Shown here piece by piece: positions 12,089 to 25,000 of a stretch of DNA of 64,000 nt; the stretch's first letter is position 1, and each line of letters begins with the position of its first letter. Under the pieces are notes generated by a model. The model worked only from the letters and a program-made list of their open reading frames with translations, was not told the DNA's origin and did no database searches. This DNA is from Mobula hypostoma (taxonomy: Eukaryota): contig NC_086101.1 of the NCBI RefSeq assembly GCF_963921235.1, positions 12,154,001 to 12,218,000 on the forward strand, written 5' to 3'. Position numbers and translations under genes: made by a program.

Positions 12089-12749
12089 CAGTAGATTCCA
12101 GTTCAATGGGCCATCGGTTAATCAGGGCAGCTTCTTATTTGGGACAACTCTTAAAGAGCAAACACTACCGGAGAAAATAGCCGGGACTCCCTCTGTTTAT
12201 TTGCGACACTATTGGGACAGCAGAATGTTGCCGAACAGTTCTAATTAGCATCAACTGAGTGCACTTGTGTGGCCTTTAAACATTATACTGTACTTAGAGC
12301 AAACAGTTTTTAAAATAGCATCAGTTGCACGTGCTTGCGTTATGTTATCGATTTCAGACGACAGACACCAATTCAAAAAACAGTGGTTTTTTATCAATTT
12401 GTTTTTAATTTTGACTTTTAAAGATTTCGGACCTTTGCCAAGATGCCACTAAAAGAATTGAAAATACTCCAAACTACCCTATACTGCAGCATACACTGGG
12501 TAAATTCCTCCATTGATAATTACTGTAATGGAACTAACATACAGTTTTATGGAGATACAGTAGTATTGGATGGTGCTCTAATTTGTTCTGTTTTTCATTT
12601 AAATAAATAATTTGTTACTTAGTTTAAGGTGGTTTGTCCTTCTTTATATCTTTTTAACTATTGCCATGACACTTCAGCTAATTGGGGCAGCCCTTAATTG
12701 GGCCAAAATGTATTGGTCCTGATGTGTCCCAATTAACTGGAATCCACTG
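12089..12749. mobile_element. Tigger/pogo-like non-autonomous DNA transposon
   Basis: TA|CAGTAGATTCCAGTT ... AACTGGAATCCACTG|TA terminal inverted repeats with TA duplication. Confidence 0.75.
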
Positions 12750-12900
12750 TACTGAGCCTTGGTGAGTAACTGGAAGCAGTTTTTAAAAGCACACACTGTA
12801 TCCAGCGGTGGACTGAATGTTTAGAGTGGTAGACAGAGGGACATTTAAGCAATTTGCTTCGTCTTGGAGGGTGTCAATCTTCCTTAGTGCATCAACGTAC

Positions 12901-13090
12901 CTTTCCTTTTCAAATTCGCAGCAGCACCTGTTTGGTGATCCCTGCCTCCTCCTCAGACGTTCATTCTCTTGCCTCAGTTCCAGGATGTCTTTGGTAGCCT
13001 TGGACAGGGCAGCCCAGGGGTTTGAGTCCAGTGGCGGTGGGGCACGGGTTCGACTGCTGAAGTGTGATGGGGGAATCAGGTCCTCTGGCC
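12901..13090 (-). CDS. CCHCR1: CCHCR1 coding exon 2, phase 1 to 2
   Basis: Acceptor tcgtcaacag|GG, donor GAAAG|gtacgt. Peptide PEDLIPPSHFSSRTRAPPPLDSNPWAALSKATKDILELRQENERLRRR. LIPPSHF matches the human CCHCR1 N-terminus as I recall it. Confidence 0.88.
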
Positions 13091-14270
13091 CTGTTGACGA
13101 GAACAGGTTTACTTAGACAGCCTGCGACACACCACCAGTGGAGTAGAATCTCTTTAACCTTCTCCGAGCCTTCGCAAAATTCATCTATGATCAGCTATTT
13201 AGTAAGTTTTTCCCCTTCTAAACCTGTTTTGTTATAATGATCTTCCTTGAAACTCAGTGCTGTTAACACCTCTGACTATTCCTAAATTTGCACTTCAGCA
13301 ATGGACTTAATCTTTCACGCCTTTCTCCATATTCCTGAATTTCCTACAAACTGTAGAACAACATGATCATAGCTCCTAACTCTACCATGGCTTCACTCAG
13401 GCCTTACCTTGTTTCCATTTTGTTGTACCGACCGTGTAATGCATAAGGTACAACTAATGTCAAAAAGGTTCACTGCTGATTATCACTAAGTTCAGGTTTA
13501 ATTGTCATTCAACCATACATGAATACCCATCAACACAACCAAACAAAACAGCATTACTCTGGGACCAAGGTGCAAAACACAGTACCGACAGTCACACACA
13601 GCACAAAGCACATACAAGACATCAGTAAAATACAGTCACACAAAAAAACATTCCGTCCAACATTCTGAGTCCATGAATGTTGCAGCAGTGTTCAGTTGAC
13701 AGTACAGCCCGTCTTCTGCCAAACAATCACAACGGAGCAGCACCGAGTCCAGCTTCAATGCCACATCACATCACATCACCTCCGGGGGAGTGTACCAACT
13801 CCAACGCCTCTCTCCTGGGCGGCTGTAAACAGGCAACACTGCAGCTTGAGGCCATTACCGTACGACGACCAAGGTCATGCAGCTCCCCCGCCATCCGCCC
13901 ATAAACCAGTGAATCCGACTTACAACATTCCGCACTAACAGTGTTCAACAGGGTTTTACGACCACTCTGATCACTCGCTGTCAGACTGCACGCCGTCTAC
14001 TCCGATGCCTCTCTAATGCAGGCAGCAGCAAAATCCGCACCAAGCCCAGCTCCTTCAGTTTCTCTGCCAACGAGCGAGTTGTTGATGGTACAGACCTGCA
14101 GTGTTTTAAGCTCTTAATGTCCACATGATTGACCCCATAGACGTTGCTGCAATCAAACATGTCGCCATCTTGCCTTGCTCTATTCCATCCACAAGCAAGA
14201 GAAAATCTGCAGATGCTGGACTCAGACTGTTTGTCAGAAAGTGTCATCATCACATCTATGGAAAAAGAGC

Positions 14271-14494
14271 AAACACGAGGAAATCTGCAGATGCTGGAAA
14301 TTCAAGCTACACACACTAAATGCTGGTGGAACGCAGCAGGCCAGACAGCATCTATAGGAAGAAGTACAGTTGATGTTTCGGGCCGAGACCCTTCGTCAGT
14401 CCTACCAAAGGATTTCAGCCCAAAACATTAACTGTATTTTCTTCCATAGATGCTGCCTAGTCTGCTGAGTTCCTCCAGAATTTTGTGTGCGTTG
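14271..14494. mobile_element. Short palindromic element made of two inverted Penelope hammerhead tails
   Basis: Minus-strand tail (CTGACGA..GAAACATC) abuts a plus-strand degenerate tail (gtcctaccaaaggatttcagcccaaaac...gatgctgcctagtctgctgagttcctccag). Confidence 0.65.
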
Positions 14495-15187
14495 TTCTTT
14501 TCAATATCCAGTTTGCTATGTGTAAAACCACATACGATGCCCCATAATTTGTGTCACCTATTTGTATAGCCACATACTCAGACTTCTAGCCCACAAAGCA
14601 ATCTCTCAGTTATTAATGCATATCTATTTCAAATATCTATATGCCCATAGCTATCTATAGGGATAACCCAAATCTCATACATCTCAACATTTCCTCAGTA
14701 TCACTCCACATTATAAACCTGCACTAAGTTGCAAACCTCTATGTGCACTGCAGACATTCTTTACAGAGCTAGTTTGCTCCTATGTCAAAACCTGCCTCTG
14801 TTTCCTATATTAGAACACAGAACAGTACAGCACAGAAAAACCATTCAGCGCACAACATTGTGCTGAGCCAATTAAATTAGTAATCAAATGTGGACGTGGA
14901 CAGGATATTTCCAATAGTGGATGAATCCAGGACCAGGAGGCATATCAAAATACAACAGCATCCCTTTAGAACAGAGATGAGGAGGAATTTCTTTAGCCAG
15001 AGGGTGGTGACTCACAGAAGGCTGTGGAGACTAAGTCATCAGGTAATTCAAAGCGGAGTTTGATAGGTTCTGGAATAGTCAAAGCATCAAAGGTTACGGG
15101 GAGAAGACAGAATAGCGTTGAGAGGGAAAACAAGTCCGTCATGATCAAATGGCGGAGAAGACTTGATGGCTTAATTCTGCTCCTATA

Positions 15188-16135
15188 CAGCGGCATGCAA
15201 AAGTTCTGTTACTGTGAATAGCTAAGCGAGTAAAAGATGAACTGATTTCCAAAAGGCATAAAGTTAAAGATGACACATTTCTTTAATATTTTAAGAAAAC
15301 TTTTTTATTTTCATCTTTTACAGTTTCAAAATAACAAAGAAGGAAAAGGGCCCGAAGCAAAAATTTGGGCACCCTGCATGGGAGTACTTACCCCCTTTGG
15401 TAAACGCTTTTTGTAGCCAGCTAAGAGTCTTTCAATTCTTGTTTGGGGCATTTTTGCCCACTCTTCCTTGCAAAAGGCTTCTAGTTCAGTGAGATTCTTG
15501 GGCTGTCTTGCATGCACGGCTCTCTCGAGGTCTATCCACATATTCTCGACGATGTTTAGGTCAGGGGCCATGGCAAAACCTTTAGCTTGCACCTCTTGAG
15601 GTAGTCCATTGTGGATTTTGAGGTGTGTTTAGTTTCATTATCCTGTTGTAGAAGCCATCTTCTTTTCATCTTCGGCTTTATTACAGACGGTGTGATGTTT
15701 GCTTCCAGAATTTACTAGTACTTAATTGAATTCATTCTTCCCTCTACCAGTAAATGTTCCCCGTGCCACTGGCTGCAACACAAGCTCAAAGCATGATCAA
15801 TCCACCCCCATGCTTAACAGTTGGAGAGGGGTTCTTTTCATGAAATTCTGCACCCTTTTTTTCTCCAAACATACCTTTGCTCATTGCGGCCAGAAAGTTC
15901 TATTCAAAAGGTTCAAAGGAACATCTAAACAAGCCTGATGCATTTTGGAAACAAGTCTTGTGGACTGATGAAGTTAAAATAGATGGAAACAAAAAAGTTT
16001 TCTTGCTTAAAATATTAACGAAATATGTCATCTTTAACTATATGCCTTTTAGAAATCAGGCCATCTTTCATTTGCTTAGCAATTCACAGTAACAGAAATT
16101 TTGACTAGGGGTGCCCAAACTTTTGCATGCCACTG
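15188..16135 (-). mobile_element. Internally deleted Tc1 transposon (second family)
   Basis: TA|CAGCGGCATGCAAAAGTT ... AACTTTTGCATGCCACTG|TA. PDLNIVENMW...WAKMPQTRIERLL on the minus strand, plus a small inverted piece FWKQVLWTDEVKI on the plus strand. Confidence 0.85.
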
Positions 16136-17267
16136 TATCTTATGTATCTTAAACCTTTCTCCACTACATCACCAAGTCTTGCCTCGACCTCATCTAACAT
16201 CAATAGAGTCTGTGTCCCTATAACAATGATTTCACAGTATTTTCCCCACACCAATTGGGCTTGTCTCCTATAAAAGTAACCTATAGTTTTGTCTCCTAAC
16301 TTGGCCATCCATTAAGTCTGAACCAACCATACTCGATCGTGTCTCCCTCTGCACCAGGGAGATTCTGATCACTCCACACCAAGGATAAACCAAACACGCC
16401 GTACCGGGGACACACCGGTCACTTCGCACCGCGGATACAATGATTACTCCGTACCAAGGCTATACTGACACCAGGAAACTTGCATATCACTCGCTGTACC
16501 ACAGTCCCACTTGGTACCATTCTCCTGCCCATCCACACCATTTCAGGAATCTCAACGACATGCAGGTCATTCCCCAGATCGGCTCTCCCCATCGCAGTTA
16601 CATCACCGCTCTCTTGACATTTTTTATCTTTATTTTGTACCGATTTTGCCCCCGAAAGCTGCCGGTGGCTCCAGCCCTCTGCCTGGCCTCTCCGACATCG
16701 CTCTCCCGTTCCTCCTGCCGTTACTTGGTTCGTTGTTGCTCTCCCTCCAGTAATGTTTAATGGCGGTTGGCAAACGGTGCAGTACCGCCACCTACTGAGG
16801 TGGAGTGTGGAGCAAAGAATGACTGGGTTTGCCTCTCCCCTCCGCCCCTCCCGCTTCACCGAACCGCCAACTCCGCGCGTCCGGCGCCACAAACACTCCG
16901 CCGGCGGTTACATCTTTTACCGTCCGGCTGGAGAACGCCTGCCACGACCTATCAGTCCCCCCGAACATCCGGTGCTGGCACAATTCCCGCTCTGAGTGCA
17001 GTCAGTCCTTGGAGTGACAGTAACGCCGACTGCGCACATCTATATATTTGACAACAGCTTCCCCGTTTTTACAATCCCGATAAACATAATCAGTCCTGGC
17101 AAAAGGTCTTGACGCGAAAGTTGGCTGTCCATTTCCCTCCACAGATGCTGCATAACCCCGCTTAGTTCCTCACGCGTCTTTTTAAAACCAATTTTAATTG
17201 TGTATAAAATATGGGACTAACTTAATATTTCTTTGATGTGTCAAAAGGGGGCATCCATCATTAAGGT

Positions 17268-17940
17268 CACAAACGCACGAAATTCTGCAGATGCTGGAAA
17301 TCCGAAGCAACAATACACAAAGTGCTGGGGCGACTCAGCAAGTCAGGCAGCATCTGTGGAAAAGAACCAAGAGACGATGTTTTGGACCGAGACCCTTGCT
17401 CAGGACTGGAAAGGAAGGGGGAAGACACCAGAATAAAAAGGTGGGGGGAGGGGGTGAAGGAGGAGAGCAAGAAAGTGCTAGGTGAAGCCAGGTGGGTGGG
17501 AAAAATGAAGGAATCTGAAAGGAGAGGAAAGTGGAAGGCAGAGGGGCACCAAGGGGAGGTGATAGGCAAGTGAGAAGAGGTAAGAGGCCAGAGTGGGGGA
17601 ATAGAATAAGAGTAGAGAGGGAGAGATTTTTTTTACCGAAGAAGAAATTGATATTTGTGCCATCAGGTTGGAGGCTGCCCAGATAGAATACAAGGTGTTG
17701 CTCCTCCACCCTGAGGATGGCCTTATTATGGCACAAGAGGAGCCCATGGACTAACATGTGAGACTCGGAATTAAAGTGTTGGGCCACAGGGAAGTTCTGC
17801 TTTTGGCATGGGAGCGGAGGTGCTCAATGAAGTGGTCCCTCAATTTACAACAGGCCTCGCCAATGCAGAGTAGGGTGCACGGGGCATCAGATACAACAGG
17901 CAAGCCCAGCCCAGCAGATTCACAGGTGAAATGTTGCCTG
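17268..17940 (-). mobile_element. Older Penelope-like 3' fragment
   Basis: HFNSESHMLVHGLLLCHNKAILRVEEQHLVFYLGSLQPDGTNI plus a degenerate hammerhead tail. Confidence 0.8.
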
Positions 17941-17994
17941 TTTCTTTGTGTGCACGCTCTTCTAAGCCATTTTAGTCTATTTACAATTTGTCAG

Positions 17995-18677
17995 TGTGGA
18001 TATGGTGGAGGATTACTAATACCCGGGGATACGAATTGATAATAAACTGGACTGGTCAAAGAACACTGAGGCTGTCTACAAGAAGGGTCAGAGCTGTCTC
18101 TATTTCCTGAGGAGACTGAGGTCCTTTAACATCTGCCGGACGATGCTGAGGATGTTCTAGGAGTCTGTGGTGGCCAGTGCTCTCATGTTTGCTGTTGTAT
18201 GCTGGGGCAGCAGGCTGAGGGTAGCAGACACCAACAGAATCAACAAACTTATTCGTAAGTCTAGTGATGTTGTGGGGATGGAACTGGACTCTCTGACGGT
18301 GGTGTCTGAAAAGAGGATGCTGTCCAAGTTGCATGCCATCTTGGACAATGTCTCCCATCCACTACATAATGTACTGGTTGGGCACAGGAATACATTTAGC
18401 CAGAGACTCATTCCACCGAGATGCAACACAGAGCGTCATAGGAAGTCATTGCTGCCTGTGGCCATCAAGCTTTACAACTCCTCCCTTGGAGGGTCAGACA
18501 CCCTGAGCCAACAGGCTGGTCCTGGACTTATTTCCTGGCATAATTTACATATTACTATTTAACTATTTATGGTTTTATTACTATTACTATTTTATTACTA
18601 TTTAATTATTTATGGTGCAACTGTAACAAAAACCAATTTCCCCCGGGATCAATAGAGTATGACTATGACTATGACTA
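17995..18677 (+). mobile_element. Rex1/Babar LINE 3' fragment with (GACTAT)n tail
   Basis: Near-identical to the 3' part of the RT ORF at 23208-24428; ends aatagagtatgactatgactatgactat. Confidence 0.85.
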
Positions 18678-19634
18678 TTTAACTATATTTTTACCTCCAA
18701 AGATGCTGCCTGGCAGGCTTACTATTTCCAGCATTTTATCTTTCTGTTTCTGGTTTCTAACAACTTGTTTGTTTGCTTTTCAATCATAATTTTATATAGT
18801 CAGGCTGTTGCTCTATTCAAATATCAATGAAAATTAAACAAACCAATTCTGATGGCGAAATAATTATTAAAATATCCTTTATTATATGATAGTCCCTCTG
18901 GCTAAGATAAAAATTATTTGAAGGGAGGAATCTCTTTTTCTGTGATAGGTGTGGAATTGTCGATCACTAAGATGCAAGTTATTTTAAATTAAGAAATGAC
19001 TGAAATTTAAAAACAAAACAGAATGTGGTGAAAACTTACAGCTGTTAAAGCGAAACTCCATTACACATTAATCTAGCAACCACATGGTTCTGTAAACAGT
19101 GGAATCCCCGGTTTCATTCATTGCCATCATCGTTTGTCAAATCGAAAGGATGCACAGGGGACTATTGCAGAAGAGTGGTGACTGAATTATTCAATAGCAG
19201 AACAAACACGGGAGTCAGAATCGCCAGAATACTTTTATTTCCTAAACTGTGTTTAATATCATAAACCAGTAGATTGAATTTGACGCGTGCAGCGTTCATT
19301 GTTACTGCAATTGATACTCCGTTCATTACTGCACTACGTCAAGAGGAATTTTTCACTGAAATATCTGACAAGTCTGCTTGGCGCCGCTCTCAAATGATCA
19401 CGCCCGCCTGTATGAAATATGGCGACAACCCGGCTGCTGTCTCCAAATGCGCACGCGCAGAAGTTGAGGGGCTCCGCCTTTAGATGAAATCTCGCGGGGT
19501 TGGCCGCCGTTGCTCCAGCGCGCCAATTTTCAAAGGCGCTTCCTGTAAACAGAGGAGAAGAAAGAGAAACAAGCGAAGGGCAGCTGGTGGTTGCAGCTTG
19601 TTGTGGGGGCGCCTACCCCCACAATAACACCTAC

Positions 19635-19692
19635 CCCTCTCCTCGAGGCCGCCTCTGCAGTTGTCGCCGACTCCGCGCGATGACAGGACCAT
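19635..19692 (-). CDS. CCHCR1: Probable first coding exon of CCHCR1 (MVLSSRGVGDNCRGGLEERG), phase 1
   Basis: ATG in gccgATGG context, donor AGGG|gtaggt. 58 nt gives phase 1, matching the acceptor of exon 12901-13090. Confidence 0.6.
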
Positions 19693-20109
19693 CGGCAGCC
19701 CCGGTACCCGAGCTCTCGCGCCCTTCCCCTCCAGCCTCTCATCCTATTGGCGGCGGCCCCCGTATCGAGCGCGCGACTTGACCCCACCACCCTCGACCCT
19801 CGCGCCCTCTTTTCTCCCTGTCGGCTCGCGGCCGCCTGGGTGACATAACGATCGCGCGCGCCTCTCTCCCCTCCACTACTCTTTCGTCTCGCGGACCAAG
19901 TACGAGTCCTTTGATGACGTGACAGTCGGTGCCTCAGCCCGCACCCTGTCGAGAGCTTTGCTGTCAATGCAGTGGAAGGAGCTCGGGCTCCGATGACGTA
20001 GCATCATCTCCCCCCGACCCGTCGCCCCAGGTTTGATGACGTGAGGCTCCCGTGCCGGAGCGCGAGCCCCGGGGCTCCAAGGGCCGTTCCGCCGCCAGTC
20101 AGAGCGACG

Positions 20110-20389
20110 ATGCTGTCGGAGGTGCAACCGTGCCTGCAGCTGCTGCGCATCGGCACCGCTCCTCAGCCGAGCCCCGAATCCGGGCCGGCCGCGCCGCGAG
20201 ATCTCTACACCTTCCTGCCGGCCGGTCAGCGCTGTACCTTTCGCCTGGGCCGCCAGGCTGACTTGACCGACCTGCGCCTGAGCTCGGGCCGGGCTGACGA
20301 ACTCATTTCGCGGGTGCACGCCGAGCTGCAGGCCGAGAGGGGCTCGGCCGGCGACTGGAAGGTGCACATCGTGGACAGGAGCACTAATG
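20110..20389 (+). CDS. TCF19: TCF19 coding exon 1 (N-terminal part of FHA domain)
   Basis: MLSEVQPCLQLLRIG...RDLYTF...FRLGRQADLTDLRL...ISRVHAEL...DRSTN; donor AATG|gtgagg, phase 1. Confidence 0.93.
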
Positions 20390-21362
20390 GTGAGGATGGG
20401 GGCAATGGGTGTTGGGGAGGGACTGGGTGGGGTTGGGACGTTACTGGCAGGGGTGGGGCATATACACTAAATGGTTGGGGTATGACTGGGGTTCGGGATG
20501 AGGAAGAGCTACTGGGTAGTACAACATTGTGGGCCGAAGGGCCTGTAATGTGCTGTAGATTTCTATGTTTGCTGGGTCGTATTAATCTGCGCCAGGTGGG
20601 CTGGGCGTCTGGATATGGGCTGGAGGTGAGGCAGCTAGGGTGTAGAAAAGGGGCTGGAGCCTTGAGGAGGGGAGGTGGAGGGGTTGGGTTATGGAGAGAG
20701 TGGTAGCCGGGGTGGGGGGGGGGGGGCTACGGTGGTGTGAGGGGAAAAGGGGTTGGGTTGAGGAGAGGGATAAAATCAAAACTGATTATAAATCGGAGTT
20801 TCTGGGGAGATTTTAGACCCAAAGAGAGTAAGGCATACGGGACTAAAGGAAAATTGGGAATGCTAATTTAAGTGCTTTTTCTCGAATGGGGAAGGGTTTA
20901 TTGGAGTGTTCAAGGACAAGGGATGGTTTAAAGATTAGAGGAGCAAGAGTGGATTTGAAGTTACCTTTCATTGTCAGAATCATTGCACCTTCACTGTCAG
21001 CTGTCTTGTCTGTCACTGTCCTAATTGTGTAGTGCAGATGGAATATAATACAAGCCATTTTCTTTTGTTTGCTGATGGTTAAAATGGTAAATTGAGATGC
21101 CTGATCTGTTCCTATAATTCCTGTGACAGATGGCCCATTAATACCGGTTTGACATCCAATAACACTTGTGATGTGCTGTCAACTGGCATGACATAGCAGT
21201 GTCCGTAATCTTGTTAAATACGGATCTTCACTGGGAGGAAAAGAACCAGACTCCGACATCAGCAAGTTTGCACTAATGAGCATTTCTGAGTTGCAAGAGT
21301 GAATGTTTGCGAGCTGATTACGTCTAAGGAAGGCATGCTGATGGCTGTGTTGTTTTCTCTAG

Positions 21363-22137
21363 GTACCTTTGTGAATGATGTTCGCATACCCAAAGGCCAA
21401 AGGACAGAGCTTGCAGATGGAGATACTGTCACTTTTGGCCACCCAGATGCTGTGAATATCCCAGAAGGTTGTTTGGCAAGTCAGCAGGACTCTGAATTCT
21501 ATTTTCTGTTCCAAAAGGTCAGGGTCCGTCCAGCAGACTTTGATGCCATAACAATCCCCAAGGTTCGGGAGCAGTGTGGATTTCGACCTGTTTGTTCTAC
21601 AGACAAGTGCATCTCTCCCCAAGGGACCAGGATACGGAGCTTCACTGAAACTCCAGCTGCTTCCCGGGCAACGTTAATTCTGAATTCCATAGGAAGTATC
21701 AGCAAGCTGAAGTCACAACTGTCTGCATTTCAGACAGAACGGGGAGGTAGAGGCCAGTGCAATGATACAAAGGGAGTTCTTGGAAAATTTCAGCAGTTCT
21801 CTTTGAATGGCTGCCGTCCCAGTAACAATGCAGTTGCTGCCCCAGCCCAGAAGAGGCCTGTAACCAAGCAACGGCGGAAGACAGTCCACACTGTTCTTCC
21901 TGACCTGGAGCTCGAGGAGGAATTACAACGGTTCTCAGTAGAGGTGCAACAAAGTGCCAACAGCCGTCGGCACTGTAAGTCTGAGTCTGACGTTGACCCA
22001 GATCTGTACCGACAGTTGACTTTGGGTGTTCGGGAACTGTCGCCAGAACCAAAGCCTACTTTCAAAAGGCATAAATTGGAGCACAACACTCCCGTTCTCC
22101 AAAATTCAATGGAGAATACCCACATCACTCCCACTGG
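21363..22137 (+). CDS. TCF19: TCF19 coding exon 2 (end of FHA domain and linker)
   Basis: Acceptor tgttttctctag|GT completes STNGTFVND; LADGDTVTFGHP, FYFLFQKVRVRPADFDAITIP, ATLILNSIGSISKL; donor ACTGG|gtaagt, phase 2. Confidence 0.93.
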
Positions 22138-22469
22138 GTAAGTCCACATGTGTTTCTCAAATTTACATCTTGCACTTTTTGGATGGAGAATCCTTACCTA
22201 CCTGTCTAATGCTTCCTGAAGTTGGAAGTGTGCTGCAAATAAGTGATTGAAAGATTAAAAATGAACTTTATTTGTTGATGTACAGTCAAGTGAATCGTTT
22301 GCATGAAATCCTTGAGGGCTGCGCAGTTCAGATCGAAGCCAAAACCCATCTTTCCCATACTCCAGTGCAGTTGCAGACTAATGTAGCCCTGCTGCTTGTA
22401 CTTTCGGTTTTAACATACCAGGGTAAAGAGATTAGAACTGTGCTAACTTTGAGCGAGACCCATAAATAT

Positions 22470-23050
22470 CCGTCTCCAAAGGGATGCCACCACTATCCAC
22501 ATCTTTCCCTCCTCTGCTCCCCAATCCCCCGCCTTCTATAGGGATTGCTCATTTTGTGAGTCTTCCATCCCTCTTCACTTATCTCCCTCCTGGCACTTAT
22601 CGGGACAAGTGGTCAAATGCTACGCCTGCCCTTACATCTCCTCCCTTGCCAATATTCAGGGCCCCAAAATGACCTTCCAGGTAAAGTGAAGCTTAACTTG
22701 TGAGTCTCTCGAGCTCCTCCTGCAACCTCCTGTACATTGTTGAGACCCAAATGCAGATGAGATGACCACTTTGTCGAGCATCTTTACTGTCTGCTGCAAA
22801 AGGCAGGATCTCCCAGTGGTTACCCATTTCAGTTCGATATTCTGTTGTCATTCTGGTATGTCTGTCCGTGGCCTCCTCTACTGCCACAATGCGGCCAAAC
22901 TCAAGCTGGAAGAGCAACGCCTCATTGTCTGTCTGGGTAGCCTCCAACCTGATGGCGTGCACATTGATTTTAATAACTTCTGGCAATTTCTCCCCCTCCT
23001 CCTCCCTTTTCCTTTTTCCATTCCCTATTCTGACTCCCCTCCCATTTCTT
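22470..23050 (+). mobile_element. Old Penelope-like fragment; its 3' tail resumes at about 25010-25616 after Rex1 and CR1 insertions
   Basis: RQDLPVVTHF..GLLYCHNAAKLKLEEQRLIVCLGSLQPDG; tail aagggtctcaacccaaaacgtcaact at 25501. Confidence 0.7.
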
Positions 23051-23054
23051 CCAA

Positions 23055-25000
23055 TAGTTATAGTCATAGTCATACTTTATTAATCCCGAGGCAAATTGGT
23101 TTTCGTTACAGTTGCTCCATAAATAATAAATAGTAATAGAACCGTAAATAGTTAAATAGTAATATGTAAATTATGCCAGTAAACTATGAAATAAGTCCAG
23201 GACCAGCCTATTGGCTCAGGATGTCTGACCCTCCAAGGGAGCAGTTGTAAAGTTTGATGGCCACAGGCAGCAATGACTTCCTGTGACGCTCAGTGCTGCA
23301 TCTCGGTGGAATGAGTCTCTGGCTGAATGTACTCCTGTGCCCACCCAGTACATTATGTAGTGGATGGGAGACATTGTCCAAGATGGCATGCAACTTAGAC
23401 AGCATCCTCTTTTCAGACACCGCCGTGAGAGAGTCCAGTTCCATCCCCACAACATCACTGGCCTTACGAATGAGTTTGCTGATTCTGTTGGTGTCTGCCA
23501 CCCTCAGCCTGCTGCCCCAGCACACAACAGCAAACATGAGAGCATTGGCCACCACAGACTCGTAGAACATCCTCAGCATCGTCCGGCAGATGTTAAAGGA
23601 CCTCAGTCTCCTCAGGAAATAGAGACAGCTCTGACCCTTCTTGTAGACAGCCTCAGTGTTCTTTGACCAGTCCAGTTTATTGTCAATTTGTATCCCCAGG
23701 TATTTGTAATCCTCCACCATGTCCACACTGACCCCCTGGATGGAAACAGGGGTCACCAGTAGCTTAGCTCTCCTCAAGTCCACCACGAGCTCCTTAGTCT
23801 TTTTCACATTAAGCTGCAGATAATTCTGCTCACACCATGTGACAAAGTTTCCTACCGTAGCCCTGTACTCAGCCTCATCTCCCTTGCTGATGCATCCAAC
23901 TATGGCAGAGTCATCAGAAAACTTCTGAAGATGACAAGATTCTGTGCAGTAGTTGAAGTCCGAGGTGTAAATGGTGAAGAGAAAGGGAGACAAGACAGTC
24001 CCCTGTGGAGCCCCAGTGCTGCTGATCACTCTGTCGGACACACAGTGTTGCAAGCACACGTACTGTGGTCTACCAGTCAGGTAATCAAGAATCCATGACA
24101 CCAGGGAAGCATCCACCTGCATCGCTGTCAGCTTCTCCCCCAGCAGAGCAGGACGGATGGTGTTGAACGCACTGGAGAAGTCAAAAAACATGACCCTCAC
24201 AGTGCTCGCTGGCTTGTCCAGTTGGGCGTAGACACGGTTCAGCAGGAAGACGATGGCATCCTCAACTCCTAGTCGGGGCTGGTAGGCGAACTGGAGGGGA
24301 TCTAAGTGTGGCCTGACCATAGGCCGGAGCAGCTCTAGAACAAGTCTCTCCAGGGTCTTCATGATGTGGGAGGTCAATGCCACCGGTCTGTAGTCATTGA
24401 GGCCGCCAGGGCGCGGTGTCTTCAGCACAGGGACAAGGCAGGACGTCTTCTACAATACAGGAACCCTCCGGAGCCTCAGGCTCAGGTTGAATACATGGCG
24501 AAGTACTCCACATAGCTGAGGGGCACAGGCTTTGAGCACCTTGGTACTGACACCATCTGATCCTGCAGCCTTGCTTGGGTTGAGACGTTTCAGCTGTCTT
24601 CTCACCAGTAGAGCTGTGAAGCCCACCGTGGTGGTTTTGTGTGGGGAATGGGTATAGTCATGAGAGCAGGGTGGGGGACTGTGAGGAGGGGTAGGAGAGG
24701 AGAGTGGAATATGTGTTGGTTGGGGACTGACAACAGATGGCTCATGTGGGGGATGGGCAGGGGTCACAATGTCAAATCTGTTAAAGAACAGGTTATGTTC
24801 ATTGGCCCTGTCCACACTGCCTTCAGCTCCTCTGTTGCTAGTTTGCCAGAACCCAGTGATGGTCCTCATCCCCCTCCAGACCTCTCTCATGTTGTTCTGC
24901 TGGAGTTTCCACTCAAGCTTCCTCCTGTACCTGTCTTTAGCCTCCCTGATCCTGGCTTTCAGGTCCCTCTGTATTGCCCTCAGCTCCTCCTGTCCACTGC
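23055..25000 (-). mobile_element. Rex1/Babar LINE, 5'-truncated, with a nearly intact RT region
   Basis: ORF 23208-24428: NDYRPVALTSHIMKTLERLV, DPLQFAY, FFDFSSAFNTI, GAPQGTVLSPFLF, KFSDD; (GACTAT)n tail at the left end. Confidence 0.9.

Larger units (their letters stand above)
19300..20400. promoter_or_regulatory. CpG island and bidirectional promoter of CCHCR1 and TCF19
   Basis: High CpG density; divergent ATGs at 19692 (-) and 20110 (+); NRF1-type TGCGCACGCGCA at 19448-19459; E2F-like GCGCGCCAA at 19518-19526 next to CHR-like TTCAAA at 19529-19534; ATTGG near 19746; three TGACGT sites. Confidence 0.85.

Noticed and set aside
16160..17080. CpG-rich stretch with several overlapping short ORFs
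   Set aside because: No recognisable domain or splice pattern; probably a decayed retroelement piece that I cannot classify.
20390..20706. C-terminal part of the 221 aa ORF 20041-20706 as coding
   Set aside because: Read-through into G-rich TCF19 intron 1, which includes a CR1 tail; the exon ends at the 20389 donor.
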